A DNA stretch of 64,000 nt from a virus. The stretch covers positions 1 to 64,000 of the IMG/VR virus record IMGVR_UViG_3300029915_000016. One strand, 5' to 3'. Every line of letters begins with the position of its first letter. The stretch's first letter is position 1. The translations under genes were made by a program, and so were the position numbers. The notes under the pieces were generated by a model. The model worked only from the letters and a program-made list of their open reading frames with translations. It searched no databases and had not been told where the DNA came from. Below are positions 19,776 to 30,543 of the stretch, one piece after another.

Positions 19776-20240
19776 ATGGGACTGGACGAAGATGATCGCA
19801 GGCGAGTGGATAGCGGAACGAGGGAGATTATGAACGCTTTTGAACTCATGCTTGCACGGCACGTCAATGGGTGCCCAGCTATGCAGTCGCAGGGCCGTCT
19901 CGACAAAGTGTATAAAGAGCTATTCAACGGGGATGATGGTGAACACGGGTTCGTCGCCGAGCATCGCAAATTCCAGCTTGATATAACGAACAAGGTTTCG
20001 TTCGTGCATGGAGCTGCGAAGGCGTGGTCAATCATTTTCGCCGTTCTCCTCAGCGCATGTATGAGCTTTTTCGTATGGGCTTTTCACGAGGTCTATCCAG
20101 CCTTCCGACAGATCATGGCTGACTACTACACGCACCATCCAGAGGCAAAGATTCCACAACAAAAGAGCATCGTTGAACCGAACGAGGTATATACTGTGCG
20201 TATGAACTCTTCCACACAGCAAGCAGGAAAGGATTGGTAA
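19776..20240 (+). CDS. membrane protein (lysis region)
   Basis: One transmembrane segment AWSIIFAVLLSACMSFFVWAF. Confidence 0.6.
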   Translation: MGLDEDDRRRVDSGTREIMNAFELMLARHVNGCPAMQSQGRLDKVYKELFNGDDGEHGFVAEHRKFQLDITNKVSFVHGAAKAWSIIFAVLLSACMSFFVWAFHEVYPAFRQIMADYYTHHPEAKIPQQKSIVEPNEVYTVRMNSSTQQAGKDW

Positions 20241-20241
20241 A

Positions 20242-20427
20242 ATGTCATCAAGACCATCAGGACCGCCCCCTATTCCCAACCAGCCGGACCCGCCAATCGA
20301 CTGTGTTGTAGCACCATCCCCCGCCGATGGCCCTAAACGCTCCAATCTGGATAGAATTCCAGACGAGCCGCTCACCGACGAGGAGCGGGAGTTGATACAA
20401 AGGATAAGAGAGCAGGGAACGGTATGA
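20242..20427 (+). CDS. small Pro-rich protein
   Basis: Translationally coupled ORF, 61 aa. Confidence 0.5.
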   Translation: MSSRPSGPPPIPNQPDPPIDCVVAPSPADGPKRSNLDRIPDEPLTDEERELIQRIREQGTV

Positions 20428-20699
20428 ACAAGCTGATTGTAGCATTAAACTCACTAAACACACCATGGATCGCTATTCTTGTGATCATAATAGGAGCGGT
20501 GTTTTCTGTAGTTTCACACACGTATGGGATGAGCGGAGATGGAGCCTCTGGTATCATCGGTGCTGGTATCGGATTACTAACGGGACAGGCTTTGTCTAAA
20601 TCATCGCAAACTTCAGAGCCTATGCCTCCTCCGCCAACCATCCCAACTAAACCAGACGCACCAACCGCCGCGCAAGTCGATGCGGCAACGACGAAGTGA
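20424..20699 (+). CDS. probable holin
   Basis: Two transmembrane segments, 91 aa, upstream of endolysin. Confidence 0.55.
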   Translation: MNKLIVALNSLNTPWIAILVIIIGAVFSVVSHTYGMSGDGASGIIGAGIGLLTGQALSKSSQTSEPMPPPPTIPTKPDAPTAAQVDAATTK

Positions 20700-20711
20700 A
20701 AGAAGGAACAC

Positions 20712-21131
20712 ATGAAACGAATCACCGCAATCACCGCCGTCCTGATGCTGGCGTTTTGCCTTACCGCCTGTACACACAAGACTGCACCACTGCCCTCTGG
20801 AGCAATCAACGCAACCGACGCCTCGATCAATGCTAATCTTCAGGCCGTCCGTGCTGGATTGGTTCAATATGAGGCCGACGTGGCCAACGGAACCCACATC
20901 CCGGACGCAACCGAAAAAGCTATCGTCAACAAGGTCATCGTCTCACTCAACTACGCCGACCTGCTCTATTGCGGAGCGCCGAATATAGGATCTCCATGCG
21001 CCCCCGCGAGTTACCACGCGCAACTTATCGCCAACCCGGCAGCGGGTGAGCCTCAGCAGCTTATCGACGCCCTCACAGCCGTAACCACGAACTTTTCTGC
21101 GCTTCAGACTCTCATCAAGGCGGTGAAATAA
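20712..21131 (+). CDS. lipoprotein (possible spanin component)
   Basis: Lipobox LTAC after a hydrophobic signal peptide. Confidence 0.7.
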   Translation: MKRITAITAVLMLAFCLTACTHKTAPLPSGAINATDASINANLQAVRAGLVQYEADVANGTHIPDATEKAIVNKVIVSLNYADLLYCGAPNIGSPCAPASYHAQLIANPAAGEPQQLIDALTAVTTNFSALQTLIKAVK

Positions 21132-21463
21132 TGCTAGTCACGATCATCACCCTCATCGGCTCCCTGCTTCCGTCAGTGCTCGGCGCGTTCGGCGTTTCCT
21201 CTACCATTGACAATCTGATCCCTGCCCTGCTCACGGCAATTACACAGATCATCGCGGGAATCACGAACAAGACGCCTGTTGACTCGACACTGGTTGCACT
21301 TCAGACTGCGCTCACTGCGCTTCAGGCCGATACCAGCCTAAGTCCGGTCATCCTCGGAGACATTTCAGAGGGTGTGCGCGATCTTCAGAAGGCTATCGCG
21401 GCGTATCAGGCAGCGCAGTTGAAGACAGACCCATCGACGCTGCAACCGCTTCCTACCGTCTAA
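21131..21463 (+). CDS. hydrophobic helical protein (lysis region)
   Basis: TAATG coupling; amphipathic helices. Confidence 0.6.
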   Translation: MLVTIITLIGSLLPSVLGAFGVSSTIDNLIPALLTAITQIIAGITNKTPVDSTLVALQTALTALQADTSLSPVILGDISEGVRDLQKAIAAYQAAQLKTDPSTLQPLPTV

Positions 21464-21546
21464 CCAGCTTGCGGGTGACCATCCGCAGGACCAAAGCAAC
21501 ATTGGGCGGCTTCGCAAAAGCTGCCCGTTTTTTAGAGGGGAAAGCG

Positions 21547-22038
21547 ATGTCAGATTGGGAAACATGCTACAACTTTATGATTGACAATGAGGATTCAAGC
21601 CGCGAATATAAAACTGTTCCTGATGCTGGAGGAATGGCTATCAGTGGAATAAACAGCAATTCTTTTCCTCTTCAGTTTGCCAAGATCAACGAGCTTCCAC
21701 AGGATCAGAGGGGAGTCGAGGTAGAAAACTTCTATCATGCTGTATTTTGGAACAAATGGTTCGATCAAATATCCAGTGATGAGGTTGCGAAGCGGGTATT
21801 CGACGCCAGTGTGAATATGGGATATGGAACGGCAGTTAAGATATTACAAGGTGTTTTAGGATGCCAAGTAGACGGTAGATTAGGTCCAAACACGGTATCA
21901 TTTACGAACGCAAGTCCATCTCAAGCACTGGTTGCTAATTTTATCCTAGCCCGTTGCCAGCACTACAAGGACATTGTTGCGAAGAATCCAGACGATGAGA
22001 AGTACTTAGCAGTTTGGCTTGTGAGAGCATCTCGATAG
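21547..22038 (+). CDS. endolysin, glycoside hydrolase family 108-like with peptidoglycan-binding C-terminus
   Basis: GAGGGG RBS; DAGG...GI, FDASVNMG, LQ......DGRLGPNT and W..RA motifs. Confidence 0.8.
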   Translation: MSDWETCYNFMIDNEDSSREYKTVPDAGGMAISGINSNSFPLQFAKINELPQDQRGVEVENFYHAVFWNKWFDQISSDEVAKRVFDASVNMGYGTAVKILQGVLGCQVDGRLGPNTVSFTNASPSQALVANFILARCQHYKDIVAKNPDDEKYLAVWLVRASR

Positions 22039-22047
22039 GAGGATACC

Positions 22048-22269
22048 GTGCCGACAGAACACTTTAAAGACGAGGAATCATATCGTAAGAGTCGTGCATA
22101 TACCCATATTCACGGAATTCCTACTCGCGCCGTCGATGTAGTTGTTGGAGGAAAGAAACATAAGGTTAAGCATTCCAAGATCAAATCAGGAAAAGGTGCA
22201 AGCGGTAGAACTGGGAAGTATGTCGGAAAGAGGAAGACGAAGAAGAAAAAAGTGGCGTCAAAGCGTTGA
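22048..22269 (+). CDS. basic Lys-rich protein
   Basis: GGAGG RBS, GTG start; ends KRKTKKKKVASKR. Confidence 0.75.
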   Translation: MPTEHFKDEESYRKSRAYTHIHGIPTRAVDVVVGGKKHKVKHSKIKSGKGASGRTGKYVGKRKTKKKKVASKR

Positions 22270-22346
22270 ACGTGGTAGAGTTTAAGAGATAAATGAGCAA
22301 CCTGCCCTGACCTCATCCGGGAGATATTGAGGCCAATAAGCAACGG

Positions 22347-22378
22347 CTCTGGCTGAGAGGCTAGGGCCTATTTCTTTT
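22347..22378 (+). terminator. intrinsic terminator
   Basis: GGCTCTGGC...GCTAGGGCC stem followed by TATTTCTTTT. Confidence 0.55.
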
Positions 22379-22386
22379 GGAGTGAG

Positions 22387-22536
22387 ATGGTCAACGAGAT
22401 CAACGCATCGACTCAGGACTCAAGGGCGGGGAAGTCTCGTAGAAAAGTATCTCGTGCTGGTGTAGTAGACAAAGTGAAGAGTGAAAATCTGAAGAAACAC
22501 GGAACCAAGAAACGGTCTGTTCGGAAGAGGGTTTGA
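22387..22536 (+). CDS. 49-aa basic protein
   Basis: GGAG RBS; MVNEINASTQDSRAGKSRRK...KKRSVRKRV. Confidence 0.6.
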   Translation: MVNEINASTQDSRAGKSRRKVSRAGVVDKVKSENLKKHGTKKRSVRKRV

Positions 22537-22537
22537 T

Positions 22538-22828
22538 ATGTCAAAAGAGACATATGATCTCGTAAATACGGTCAAAGATGGATGGAAGACGGCGGCTGAT
22601 TGGATGAGCGGTGGCCCAGTCAAAAGACTTTTCGATTCCAAGCCGAAAGGCGAACCGATTAAATTCGATGGCCCAAAAGAGAAAGAAGAACAACGGAAGG
22701 CAAACCAGAAGACTACTCCAAAGCCAGCACCAGCAAAGAAAAAAGTAGGTGGTGGATCTCAATCTGGTACGCAGATTAAGACTGTCAAGAAGAGCGCACC
22801 AGCAAAGAAATACGCAGCGAAGAGGTAA
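22538..22828 (+). CDS. basic Lys-rich protein
   Basis: 96 aa with PAKKK repeats. Confidence 0.7.
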   Translation: MSKETYDLVNTVKDGWKTAADWMSGGPVKRLFDSKPKGEPIKFDGPKEKEEQRKANQKTTPKPAPAKKKVGGGSQSGTQIKTVKKSAPAKKYAAKR

Positions 22829-22834
22829 AGGACA

Positions 22835-23122
22835 ATGGCGAAGAAGAAAAAGAATGTCGGTACGAGTGCAGCGCCCGCATCACCGTCTAGCTCTGGAAAG
22901 AGCCGAATCACTACCGAAATCGAAAATGCAGAAAACGGTTTTGTAATCCGAGTGTGCAGTGATGGGCAAGGACCAGAAGGAAAGTATGAGAGCAAGAAAT
23001 TCGTAGCTCCAGATCACGCTTCCGCTCTCAGGATCGCAAACCAAGGGATGCTTGGAATGGGATTGAAGAGTGGAAAGAAAAAGAGAGCCAAAGGTAAAAG
23101 GTTGGTAAGCAAGAAGGCTTAA
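22835..23122 (+). CDS. basic Lys-rich protein
   Basis: MAKKKK...KKKRAKGKRLVSKKA. Confidence 0.7.
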   Translation: MAKKKKNVGTSAAPASPSSSGKSRITTEIENAENGFVIRVCSDGQGPEGKYESKKFVAPDHASALRIANQGMLGMGLKSGKKKRAKGKRLVSKKA

Positions 23123-23126
23123 GACT

Positions 23127-24479
23127 GTGGCAGGATCATATAGTTGGTTGACGTTTTTATCTGCTCGTCAACAGTTAGCCTCTCGCCTAGCTGATAGCGG
23201 GATGGTGTTCTGGACTGATAATGAGTTAAAGACCTATATCATTAAAGCACTTAGGATGTTCAACTGCATGACATTTACATTTAAGACTGATTTTTCATAT
23301 AACCCCACAAACCTATGGAACTCGCTAGGATCACTTACGGGGAGTCCTCGTCTTCGCACAGTCACCGATACGCAATCCTATATAAACATGGAGTACATGC
23401 TTTTGGAAAAACCTTCTGGCGGGGTTTGGACGGGTACAACTCAGTTTGATATTGCGAGCATGAGCAGTGCGTTACAGCATCGTAGGGATGAGATGCTGCA
23501 AGTTTCTAACGCGAATCAATCTCTCATGCCGGGGATAGGATTAACACCGGGAACTAGACGTACAAATTTACCGGATACGGTTATAGACGTGGCAAGGATG
23601 AGGTATATCCCGGTAACTGGAAACCCTGCAACTCTCTATCGTGATGACTCGGTAGCGCAGGAGTTTTACGAGGCAGGATATTTGCAAGCGCCATCAGGAA
23701 CGCCCCAAACGTACATGGTATCGTCCGAACCTCCATTGTCGTTTGACGTGGATATTACACCAGATCAACCCGGAACCTATGAGGCTGTAGTATCACAATC
23801 AGGAACAGCGTTAAATCCTCCTACTGCTACTATATTAGGCATCCCCAACGACTACGCATGGGTAGCCGAGTATGGAGCCTTGGCAGATTTGCTAGGACGT
23901 GAATCAGAGGCGACAGATAGGGAGAGATCGGCATACTGTTTGAAGCGTTATCAGGATGGTTTGAATCTTTTACTGCATACACCGTGGATTATGTTGGCAA
24001 ACGTAAACGGAATAGCGGTAAGCGTGGACTCGATCAAAGATATGGACAACTACAGTCCAGAGTGGGACTCAAACCCAACCGGATTTGGACCAGTGGTAGT
24101 GGCTGGAGGGATTGATTTCATCGCAGCGCCCGTAGGATTGTCCATAGGTTTAACGGTTCTCGGTAACGCTCCAGTTCCAACACTTGATACGGATTATTTG
24201 CAAATTTCAAGAAGCGATGTCGATATAATTTACGATTTAGCGCAGTCGCTCGCGTGCTTCAAGCTCGGAGGGGCAGACTTTAAGTCTGCTCTCGAACTAG
24301 AATCAAGGGCAATTCAGGCATGTGCAGCAGAGAATTCTCGCCTAAAATCGACAGGATCGTTCGCTGACATCATCATCCAGCGCGGTCAGGCACAAGATAG
24401 GAGTCAGAACAGGTACAACGACATTACGGATAGCAAGATACAAGCACTCCGTAAAACACATCCTGAGTATTTTCAGTAG
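23127..24479 (+). CDS. probable tail adaptor/tubular protein
   Basis: FWTDNELKTYI adaptor-like N-terminus; position. Confidence 0.55.
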   Translation: MAGSYSWLTFLSARQQLASRLADSGMVFWTDNELKTYIIKALRMFNCMTFTFKTDFSYNPTNLWNSLGSLTGSPRLRTVTDTQSYINMEYMLLEKPSGGVWTGTTQFDIASMSSALQHRRDEMLQVSNANQSLMPGIGLTPGTRRTNLPDTVIDVARMRYIPVTGNPATLYRDDSVAQEFYEAGYLQAPSGTPQTYMVSSEPPLSFDVDITPDQPGTYEAVVSQSGTALNPPTATILGIPNDYAWVAEYGALADLLGRESEATDRERSAYCLKRYQDGLNLLLHTPWIMLANVNGIAVSVDSIKDMDNYSPEWDSNPTGFGPVVVAGGIDFIAAPVGLSIGLTVLGNAPVPTLDTDYLQISRSDVDIIYDLAQSLACFKLGGADFKSALELESRAIQACAAENSRLKSTGSFADIIIQRGQAQDRSQNRYNDITDSKIQALRKTHPEYFQ

Positions 24480-24638
24480 TTGAGATTTTCTGGAGCACTA
24501 ATGGCGAAGATCAAAATTAGCGACAACAGGTGTAATCGTTGCGGAGCACATCAACTTGTGGCAACAACTCTTTGCCCTAAATGCGCTCAGAGTTTCCAAC
24601 AAGAGGATAACGGAAAGCCGATCACGAAGAAGGAATAG

Positions 24639-27600
24639 ATGGCTCTGAAATTCATAGGCGTCGATCTTACAAGTCCCCTCAACAGAATTCCTGCTGGTAG
24701 GACGAGTATAGCTCAAAATATCCGCGCTTATGCGCTTGGAGGAATATCTTTTCGTAATCTTCTCACGGCAGCGATAGAAACCCTTGGAGCAGCCGTTCAT
24801 TCCCTAGCCAGGCTCAACGATTCTACCCCAAACGGACCTGTTTCAGGATACATAATCATTGGTGGAGCAGGAACAACTCTCTATGCAGGTTCTACAGCAA
24901 TAGCAACCAGCATGAGCGGTCATCCTCTATCGATGATTACATTTCGGCCTAATGCATCAGTTCAGCCATGGATGTATATTGGAGATTCTGCCCCTGCAAA
25001 CACAGTAACTCTTCTCACAAAGTATCTTGGAGCTAACAGTTTTGGACCAGCAGGAACGCCTGTAAACTTTGTATCTAATGGATTAATGAAAGTTCGGTCG
25101 GATGGAATTGTTTACAAGACAGGTATCCGCGAGCCTCAACTTGCCCCTCTAGTCTCTACCGGAAATATTGTCACGAGCGCGACAGCAGTACCGCTTTCGG
25201 CAAAAACTATTCCGTGGACAAATGTTGGCGGGGCTAACTCGACAAATTACTCATACAATCAGACAAACCCATCAGACGGAACCCCTCCTTTTATTATCAC
25301 TGGCGGAGGACCAGAGTTGGTTGCCGGATCAACTATACTTTTATCAGTAATAGCATCTCTGATAACCCCTCCAGTAGTGAACGGATCGGCACCCGGAGTA
25401 AGTCCAGCAACACCTGGACCAACCGCAGGTTCACCGGGTCAGTTTGTCACATTCCCTACTCCGGGGTCGAGTTCGATCATAGTCGGAGCGTTTACTGATT
25501 CTAGCGGAAATATCATCGCTCCGGGTGGACTGATTCCCATCGTCTTTTCAATTGGCACAGGAACATCTGTTACAGTTCCTACTGGTGCCTCACAATTGCA
25601 TGTGGGGATCAACTCGGTAGGATCAACGCCGTTAGGTTTTTCGTTCAATAATAACAGTGGAGACTTTCTTCTCGATTGGACGGTCACGATCAATCCTATT
25701 GCGGCGAACGTTGCCACGGTTGGGGACGTAACGGCTTATGTATGGGGATCTGTACCGGGAGGAATTGGTACAGGCGGAGGATCTCCACACTCGGGACCAG
25801 TGGCTCAATACATCTGGAAGAACCCTGCTGATGGAGGTTCTGGCATTGTTCGAGGAATAACCAATCCAGTCCCCGACGTATCACCGACAAGCAATTCGTG
25901 GATATTTGACTCTACCCCTGAGAACGACACACTGCCTGTAAATTGGAGTGTATTGAATCCAGACGGTTCGGTTGCAAGCACGATCCCGCTTTTCACTCCC
26001 GCGCTGGAGCCGGAAGGAAACTATGCCGACTTCAATGTGTGCGTAGTTGGTAGCCTCTTCATTCCAGCGGCAGGGACGCACACATTCACGATTCAATACA
26101 AAGATCAGATAATGTTCGGCATCGGTGGAGGGGCAACGCTTGTAGGGTCGTTCTCCAGCGGTCTTTTACGCGGCCAAACAATGACTGTAGTTCAAGCTCT
26201 GCCGCTTCTTTTTGGCGGAGTTATTGACGGTTCAGGATCGTTCCACACAGCAACTATCACAGTATCCTTTCCCGGTACTGGTCTGTACGACGTAGAGATT
26301 GACTGGGATTACTGGTCCCACACTGGAAGGTCTCTCATTCTGACTTGCGATGGAGTTGTAATTCCTCCAATCTCTTCTAATATCCGCCAGAATGTTCAAT
26401 ACCGATATGTGTACCGTAGCACAGCTACAGGAGCATTATCGAATCCATCTCCCGAATCAACAGCGCAATCTCTTCCGGTCATCGCAAATTCTGTATCATC
26501 TATATGGTCGAATGACCCGCAGGTTGATGTAGTTGACTATTATCGACTTGATGAAAACACCACCAATTTCACTTATGTAGCAACAGGACCAAACGATAAT
26601 CTTGGACCGGGTGGTACTAATACGCCGATTGTTGATCTGTTGACGGATTTGGAACTAGGAAACCAGTTGCTAGACTTTGACAACTTTGAGCCATTTCCAT
26701 CTATAGATTTGCCTCAAAAGGGAACGGTTAGCATCTCTGGTGGAGTTATAACTTGGTTGACGGGTGGAGCGATTGGAGGGACTACTACTGGATTTAATGT
26801 ACGTTGGTTGGCTGGTACGATAATCCTTATAGGATCACCAACATCACTGGCTTACATCCTCGTTGCAAGACCAACATCTACCACAAGCATGACGATTCCC
26901 GGAGTTCCAGATGGAACCAATTTATCATATGAGATTCCAGAGCCTATCCTAGCCAATCAACCTCTGCCATATCAGTTTGGACCGACAGATAATATCAACT
27001 TCACTTTTGCGGTAGGAGACCCATTAAGGCCGGGGACTCTCTACTGGTGCAAAGGGTCTAATCTTGATTCCGCACCCGACACAAATCAATTAGAGGTAAC
27101 CGATCCCGGAGAGACGTTAGTCAATGGTGCCATGAGCGGTGGACGGGGAGTTTTAGCGTCGATCAAGAGATTTTGGGTTATCATGCCTAACTTCTTTGAT
27201 TTGACATCGACGGTAACAGGGACTCAAGGATCGACATGGACGCTACAAGAAACCAGCATTAATCGTGGTTTGTATATGCCACGGTGCTTGGCGGTTGAAG
27301 GAGGAGGAACGATATTTTTCAGAGTGTCTGACGGTATCCACGCATCACCGGGAGGAGCCGCTTCGGTTTCCATTACCGATCAGGATTTGTATCCTTTATT
27401 TAGTCACGAGAACGCAGACTCAGCGCCTAGTGTTCCTCAACCGATAACAAGGAATGGAGTAACCGTTTATCCACCAGACGACTCACAGCCACAAGGACAA
27501 AGATTCTCTGTAGTAAACGGTTTCCTTTACTATGATTACTTGGACGCCACCAGTACGCCAAGGACTCTAGTCTACGACATTAAGAATCACGGATGGGTAT

Positions 27601-28076
27601 GGGATGTATATCAATTCCCTGCCACAATCCATGCATCAAGTGAGGGTTTAAGCCAACAAGGAACTCTGGTAGGATGCGCTGATGGGTCAGTACGTCAGAT
27701 GGCGAGCGCAGGAATAGAAACAGGAACATCTATTGTTATGACTCCAGCGATAGGAGGAAAAGAATGGCAGCATTTGTATGAAGTAACGGTTGAATATGTG
27801 TCATCTAATCCAATCACGTTATCTTTTGTTGTGTCTGACACAGGAAACGGAAGCTATGGTCCACCGAATATAATCCTTCCAAGTTCGGGTGGAACTTTAA
27901 CGAAATTCAACACCAAAGCTGGCGCTAACAAGTGGAAGTTGATGGCATTCCAATTCTCTTCTACGGATCAATTTCAATTAAATATGCAGGGAACCACCTT
28001 CGAGGTAAAGGAGTGGGGTAGTAACGCGGAATATCGTTTAGTGAATCCGTTTGGCGACAGTGGGGGTGAGGGATAA
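24639..28076 (+). CDS. probable tail nozzle/stabilisation protein with PA14-like insertion
   Basis: 1145 aa, beta-rich; GSLFIPAAGTHTFTI...GLYDVEIDW resembles PA14. Confidence 0.55.
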   Translation: MALKFIGVDLTSPLNRIPAGRTSIAQNIRAYALGGISFRNLLTAAIETLGAAVHSLARLNDSTPNGPVSGYIIIGGAGTTLYAGSTAIATSMSGHPLSMITFRPNASVQPWMYIGDSAPANTVTLLTKYLGANSFGPAGTPVNFVSNGLMKVRSDGIVYKTGIREPQLAPLVSTGNIVTSATAVPLSAKTIPWTNVGGANSTNYSYNQTNPSDGTPPFIITGGGPELVAGSTILLSVIASLITPPVVNGSAPGVSPATPGPTAGSPGQFVTFPTPGSSSIIVGAFTDSSGNIIAPGGLIPIVFSIGTGTSVTVPTGASQLHVGINSVGSTPLGFSFNNNSGDFLLDWTVTINPIAANVATVGDVTAYVWGSVPGGIGTGGGSPHSGPVAQYIWKNPADGGSGIVRGITNPVPDVSPTSNSWIFDSTPENDTLPVNWSVLNPDGSVASTIPLFTPALEPEGNYADFNVCVVGSLFIPAAGTHTFTIQYKDQIMFGIGGGATLVGSFSSGLLRGQTMTVVQALPLLFGGVIDGSGSFHTATITVSFPGTGLYDVEIDWDYWSHTGRSLILTCDGVVIPPISSNIRQNVQYRYVYRSTATGALSNPSPESTAQSLPVIANSVSSIWSNDPQVDVVDYYRLDENTTNFTYVATGPNDNLGPGGTNTPIVDLLTDLELGNQLLDFDNFEPFPSIDLPQKGTVSISGGVITWLTGGAIGGTTTGFNVRWLAGTIILIGSPTSLAYILVARPTSTTSMTIPGVPDGTNLSYEIPEPILANQPLPYQFGPTDNINFTFAVGDPLRPGTLYWCKGSNLDSAPDTNQLEVTDPGETLVNGAMSGGRGVLASIKRFWVIMPNFFDLTSTVTGTQGSTWTLQETSINRGLYMPRCLAVEGGGTIFFRVSDGIHASPGGAASVSITDQDLYPLFSHENADSAPSVPQPITRNGVTVYPPDDSQPQGQRFSVVNGFLYYDYLDATSTPRTLVYDIKNHGWVWDVYQFPATIHASSEGLSQQGTLVGCADGSVRQMASAGIETGTSIVMTPAIGGKEWQHLYEVTVEYVSSNPITLSFVVSDTGNGSYGPPNIILPSSGGTLTKFNTKAGANKWKLMAFQFSSTDQFQLNMQGTTFEVKEWGSNAEYRLVNPFGDSGGEG

Positions 28077-28079
28077 TCT

Positions 28080-29135
28080 ATGTCTAATAACCCAACATCA
28101 ATGAGATTTCCTTTTGAGAGCCAAATCTCTGGTTTACCTCCAGAGGTTCAGCAGGTTCACAGAAACTCATGGAATGCTATTGTTGACATTCAAAATGCAG
28201 TCAAGGCTCTACATGCCAGCACAAGTTCAAACGCTACGACTATAAATAAAGTCACTCAGACTATTAACTCATCAAACGCATCGACGGCTGGAGTATCGTC
28301 ATTCAACTCTCAGACTGGTAACGTTACATATTTTCCTTTCCTTGGAGGGGTCAACACAGAGACGGCATCGTATGTGACTCAGACCAGCGACAACGGGATT
28401 CTTATTTTGGTTAACTCGTCTTCTCCGGTAGTAGTCACGTTGAACTCTGCCATCTCAAATCCCTATTTCTTCTTCGTCGAAAATCAGGGGACGGCTACGG
28501 CGACACTGAATCCATCTACGGGGCTAATAAACGGATCGGCTTCGTTTGCTCTATTGCCGGGATACTTCACGATTACGTTCTTTGACGGGAATAACTGGCA
28601 AGCAATGAGTCTTCCTATTGTCCCGGTAAACACCCCTTCAGTGGTTCATGAATGGCTAAATTCATACAATTCGATGACAGGGGCATTCACGGCAACTCAG
28701 CCTTCCTTTAGCGATATATCCGGCACTGCCGCACCGTCTCAGTTGCCAAATCCAACCACGACCACGCTAGGAGGTGTAGAGGCGGTTAACGCGGTAACGC
28801 ATCAATGGGTAGACTCGATCAGCAATACCGGGGTTCCGCATTTAAGCCAACCGGCATACGGGGATGTTTCAGGAGCACCTTTAGCGTACCTGAGCGGAAA
28901 CACGGCAAGCATGGGTGGCTCTCCAATGACGGTAGGGCAGACGATCACGGCTACGGCGACGGTCACAGGGGCCACGACGACGATGGTAGCGGTGTGCAGC
29001 CCCCAAACCAATCCGGGGGCAGGATTCTGCTTCGATTCATTCGTATCGTCGGCGAATACGGTAACAGTTAGATTGACGTGCGTACTGGCTGGAACACCAA
29101 CGGCCAGTCTGTACTCAGTCCGAGTAATTCAATAA
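28080..29135 (+). CDS. tail fibre/needle-like protein
   Basis: GVSSFNSQTGNVT fibre motif; internal repeat (H.W.....G.....QP...D.SG). Confidence 0.65.
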   Translation: MSNNPTSMRFPFESQISGLPPEVQQVHRNSWNAIVDIQNAVKALHASTSSNATTINKVTQTINSSNASTAGVSSFNSQTGNVTYFPFLGGVNTETASYVTQTSDNGILILVNSSSPVVVTLNSAISNPYFFFVENQGTATATLNPSTGLINGSASFALLPGYFTITFFDGNNWQAMSLPIVPVNTPSVVHEWLNSYNSMTGAFTATQPSFSDISGTAAPSQLPNPTTTTLGGVEAVNAVTHQWVDSISNTGVPHLSQPAYGDVSGAPLAYLSGNTASMGGSPMTVGQTITATATVTGATTTMVAVCSPQTNPGAGFCFDSFVSSANTVTVRLTCVLAGTPTASLYSVRVIQ

Positions 29136-29136
29136 T

Positions 29137-29844
29137 TTATAGACCGAATAGCGATCCCTGCCCGTCATCTTGTTCATCTTTGCTGCTGTACTTGTTGAGG
29201 TAGAATTTTGCTTGTTTAACCCACTCGCCCAACTCTAGAACACCAAGACGAGTATTACATTTAGTGCATAGTAGGCCGCGACGGCACTTTTCGCAGCCAC
29301 GACCAGTAGGACAGCATTTATGATTATGGTCGATAGACATACGTTTCCTTCCGCTCTCTTTATCGGGAATTCCGCATATAGCGCAATTTCCATTCTGATC
29401 TAAATACGTCTTCTCGTACCACTCCCTAGTTACGCCGTAATACGTAAAATTCTTGGTTTTTGATTTGTCTTGACAATACCCCTTATTAGCATCTCTCCAC
29501 TCTTTATTTTTCCTCCTGTTTAATTCTGGTGGACGAGGCTGTTTTGCCCATTTTGCTTTATATATGGCAGATGTGCAAGTTTTGCATATATTGCTTTTCC
29601 CGTACAGACAAGAGTCGTGTTTATAGAAATCATCTAGAAATTTTTGAGTATTACATAAAAAACAGGTTTTCTTCTTTTCTGTAGAAAAATCAAGTGCGTG
29701 TTTTTCTTTGAGTTTCTCAGCGTATATCTTCGCACAACTTTTACACCTATAGCAAAGCCCGTCATGCCTATTAGTATCTTTACCGAAATTTGTTAAAGGC
29801 TGAGGAGTCTTACAAGTTGAGCACATTTTTATTTGTGAATCCAT
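29137..29844 (-). CDS. endonuclease VII-family HNH homing endonuclease
   Basis: Tandem CxxC...F......CxxC zinc motifs; CAICG...IDHNH...RGLLCTKCNTRLG. Confidence 0.85.
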   Translation of the reverse strand: MDSQIKMCSTCKTPQPLTNFGKDTNRHDGLCYRCKSCAKIYAEKLKEKHALDFSTEKKKTCFLCNTQKFLDDFYKHDSCLYGKSNICKTCTSAIYKAKWAKQPRPPELNRRKNKEWRDANKGYCQDKSKTKNFTYYGVTREWYEKTYLDQNGNCAICGIPDKESGRKRMSIDHNHKCCPTGRGCEKCRRGLLCTKCNTRLGVLELGEWVKQAKFYLNKYSSKDEQDDGQGSLFGL

Positions 29845-30037
29845 TTGCAATACAGGTTGTTCTGGGTATAATGTGGCAGATGGAAGGGTCATATTCGCTC
29901 TCCTTAGCGATAGGATTCGTCCGGGGTGGCAACCCTTGACCCTTCTAGTGTATACTATTTCAAGGAATTGTGCTTATCCGGGAGTGGGCGCGATTCAAGA
30001 GAATACAGGAAAACTTTGTCTCTCTTGGAGGTGTGAT

Positions 30038-30541
30038 TTGAGTTGGTTAACTTCTATGTGGGGGAACGACAAAACAGCGACAAAAGCTAGTGATTCTCTC
30101 CTTAACAATGGCAGTTGGGCTACCGGACAAGGACAGTCTGACGTTGGGAAAGCGTCGAATTTCTTTAGTTCTATATTAAGCGGTGATCCATCCAAAATAA
30201 GTCAGACTCTATCGCCAGAAATAGGCGCGGCGAAAACATCTGCGCAGCAGGAGAATAAAACTAAGGCCGAGTTTGGTTCTCGTAGCGGTGGTACAGCAGC
30301 TTCAGCGGCAATGACGGATGATAAACTCCATTCAGATATTGCGGGATGGACTGCCGCTTTGACTGGTCAAGCAGCAGAAACTTTAGGCTCAATGGGATCA
30401 AATCTTCTTCAAACGGGTACTTCCGCAACGACATCAGGGGCGCAGATAGACCTTGCGAATAAACCATTCTGGCAACAGTTGCTTACATCTGTTGGTGAGG
30501 GTGCCGGAAAAGCTGCTGGTTCTGCGATGGCCGGAGGATAA
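30038..30541 (+). CDS. probable DNA-ejection (internal virion) protein
   Basis: GGAGG RBS with TTG start; Gly/Ala/Ser-rich. Confidence 0.6.
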   Translation: MSWLTSMWGNDKTATKASDSLLNNGSWATGQGQSDVGKASNFFSSILSGDPSKISQTLSPEIGAAKTSAQQENKTKAEFGSRSGGTAASAAMTDDKLHSDIAGWTAALTGQAAETLGSMGSNLLQTGTSATTSGAQIDLANKPFWQQLLTSVGEGAGKAAGSAMAGG

Positions 30542-30543
30542 AA

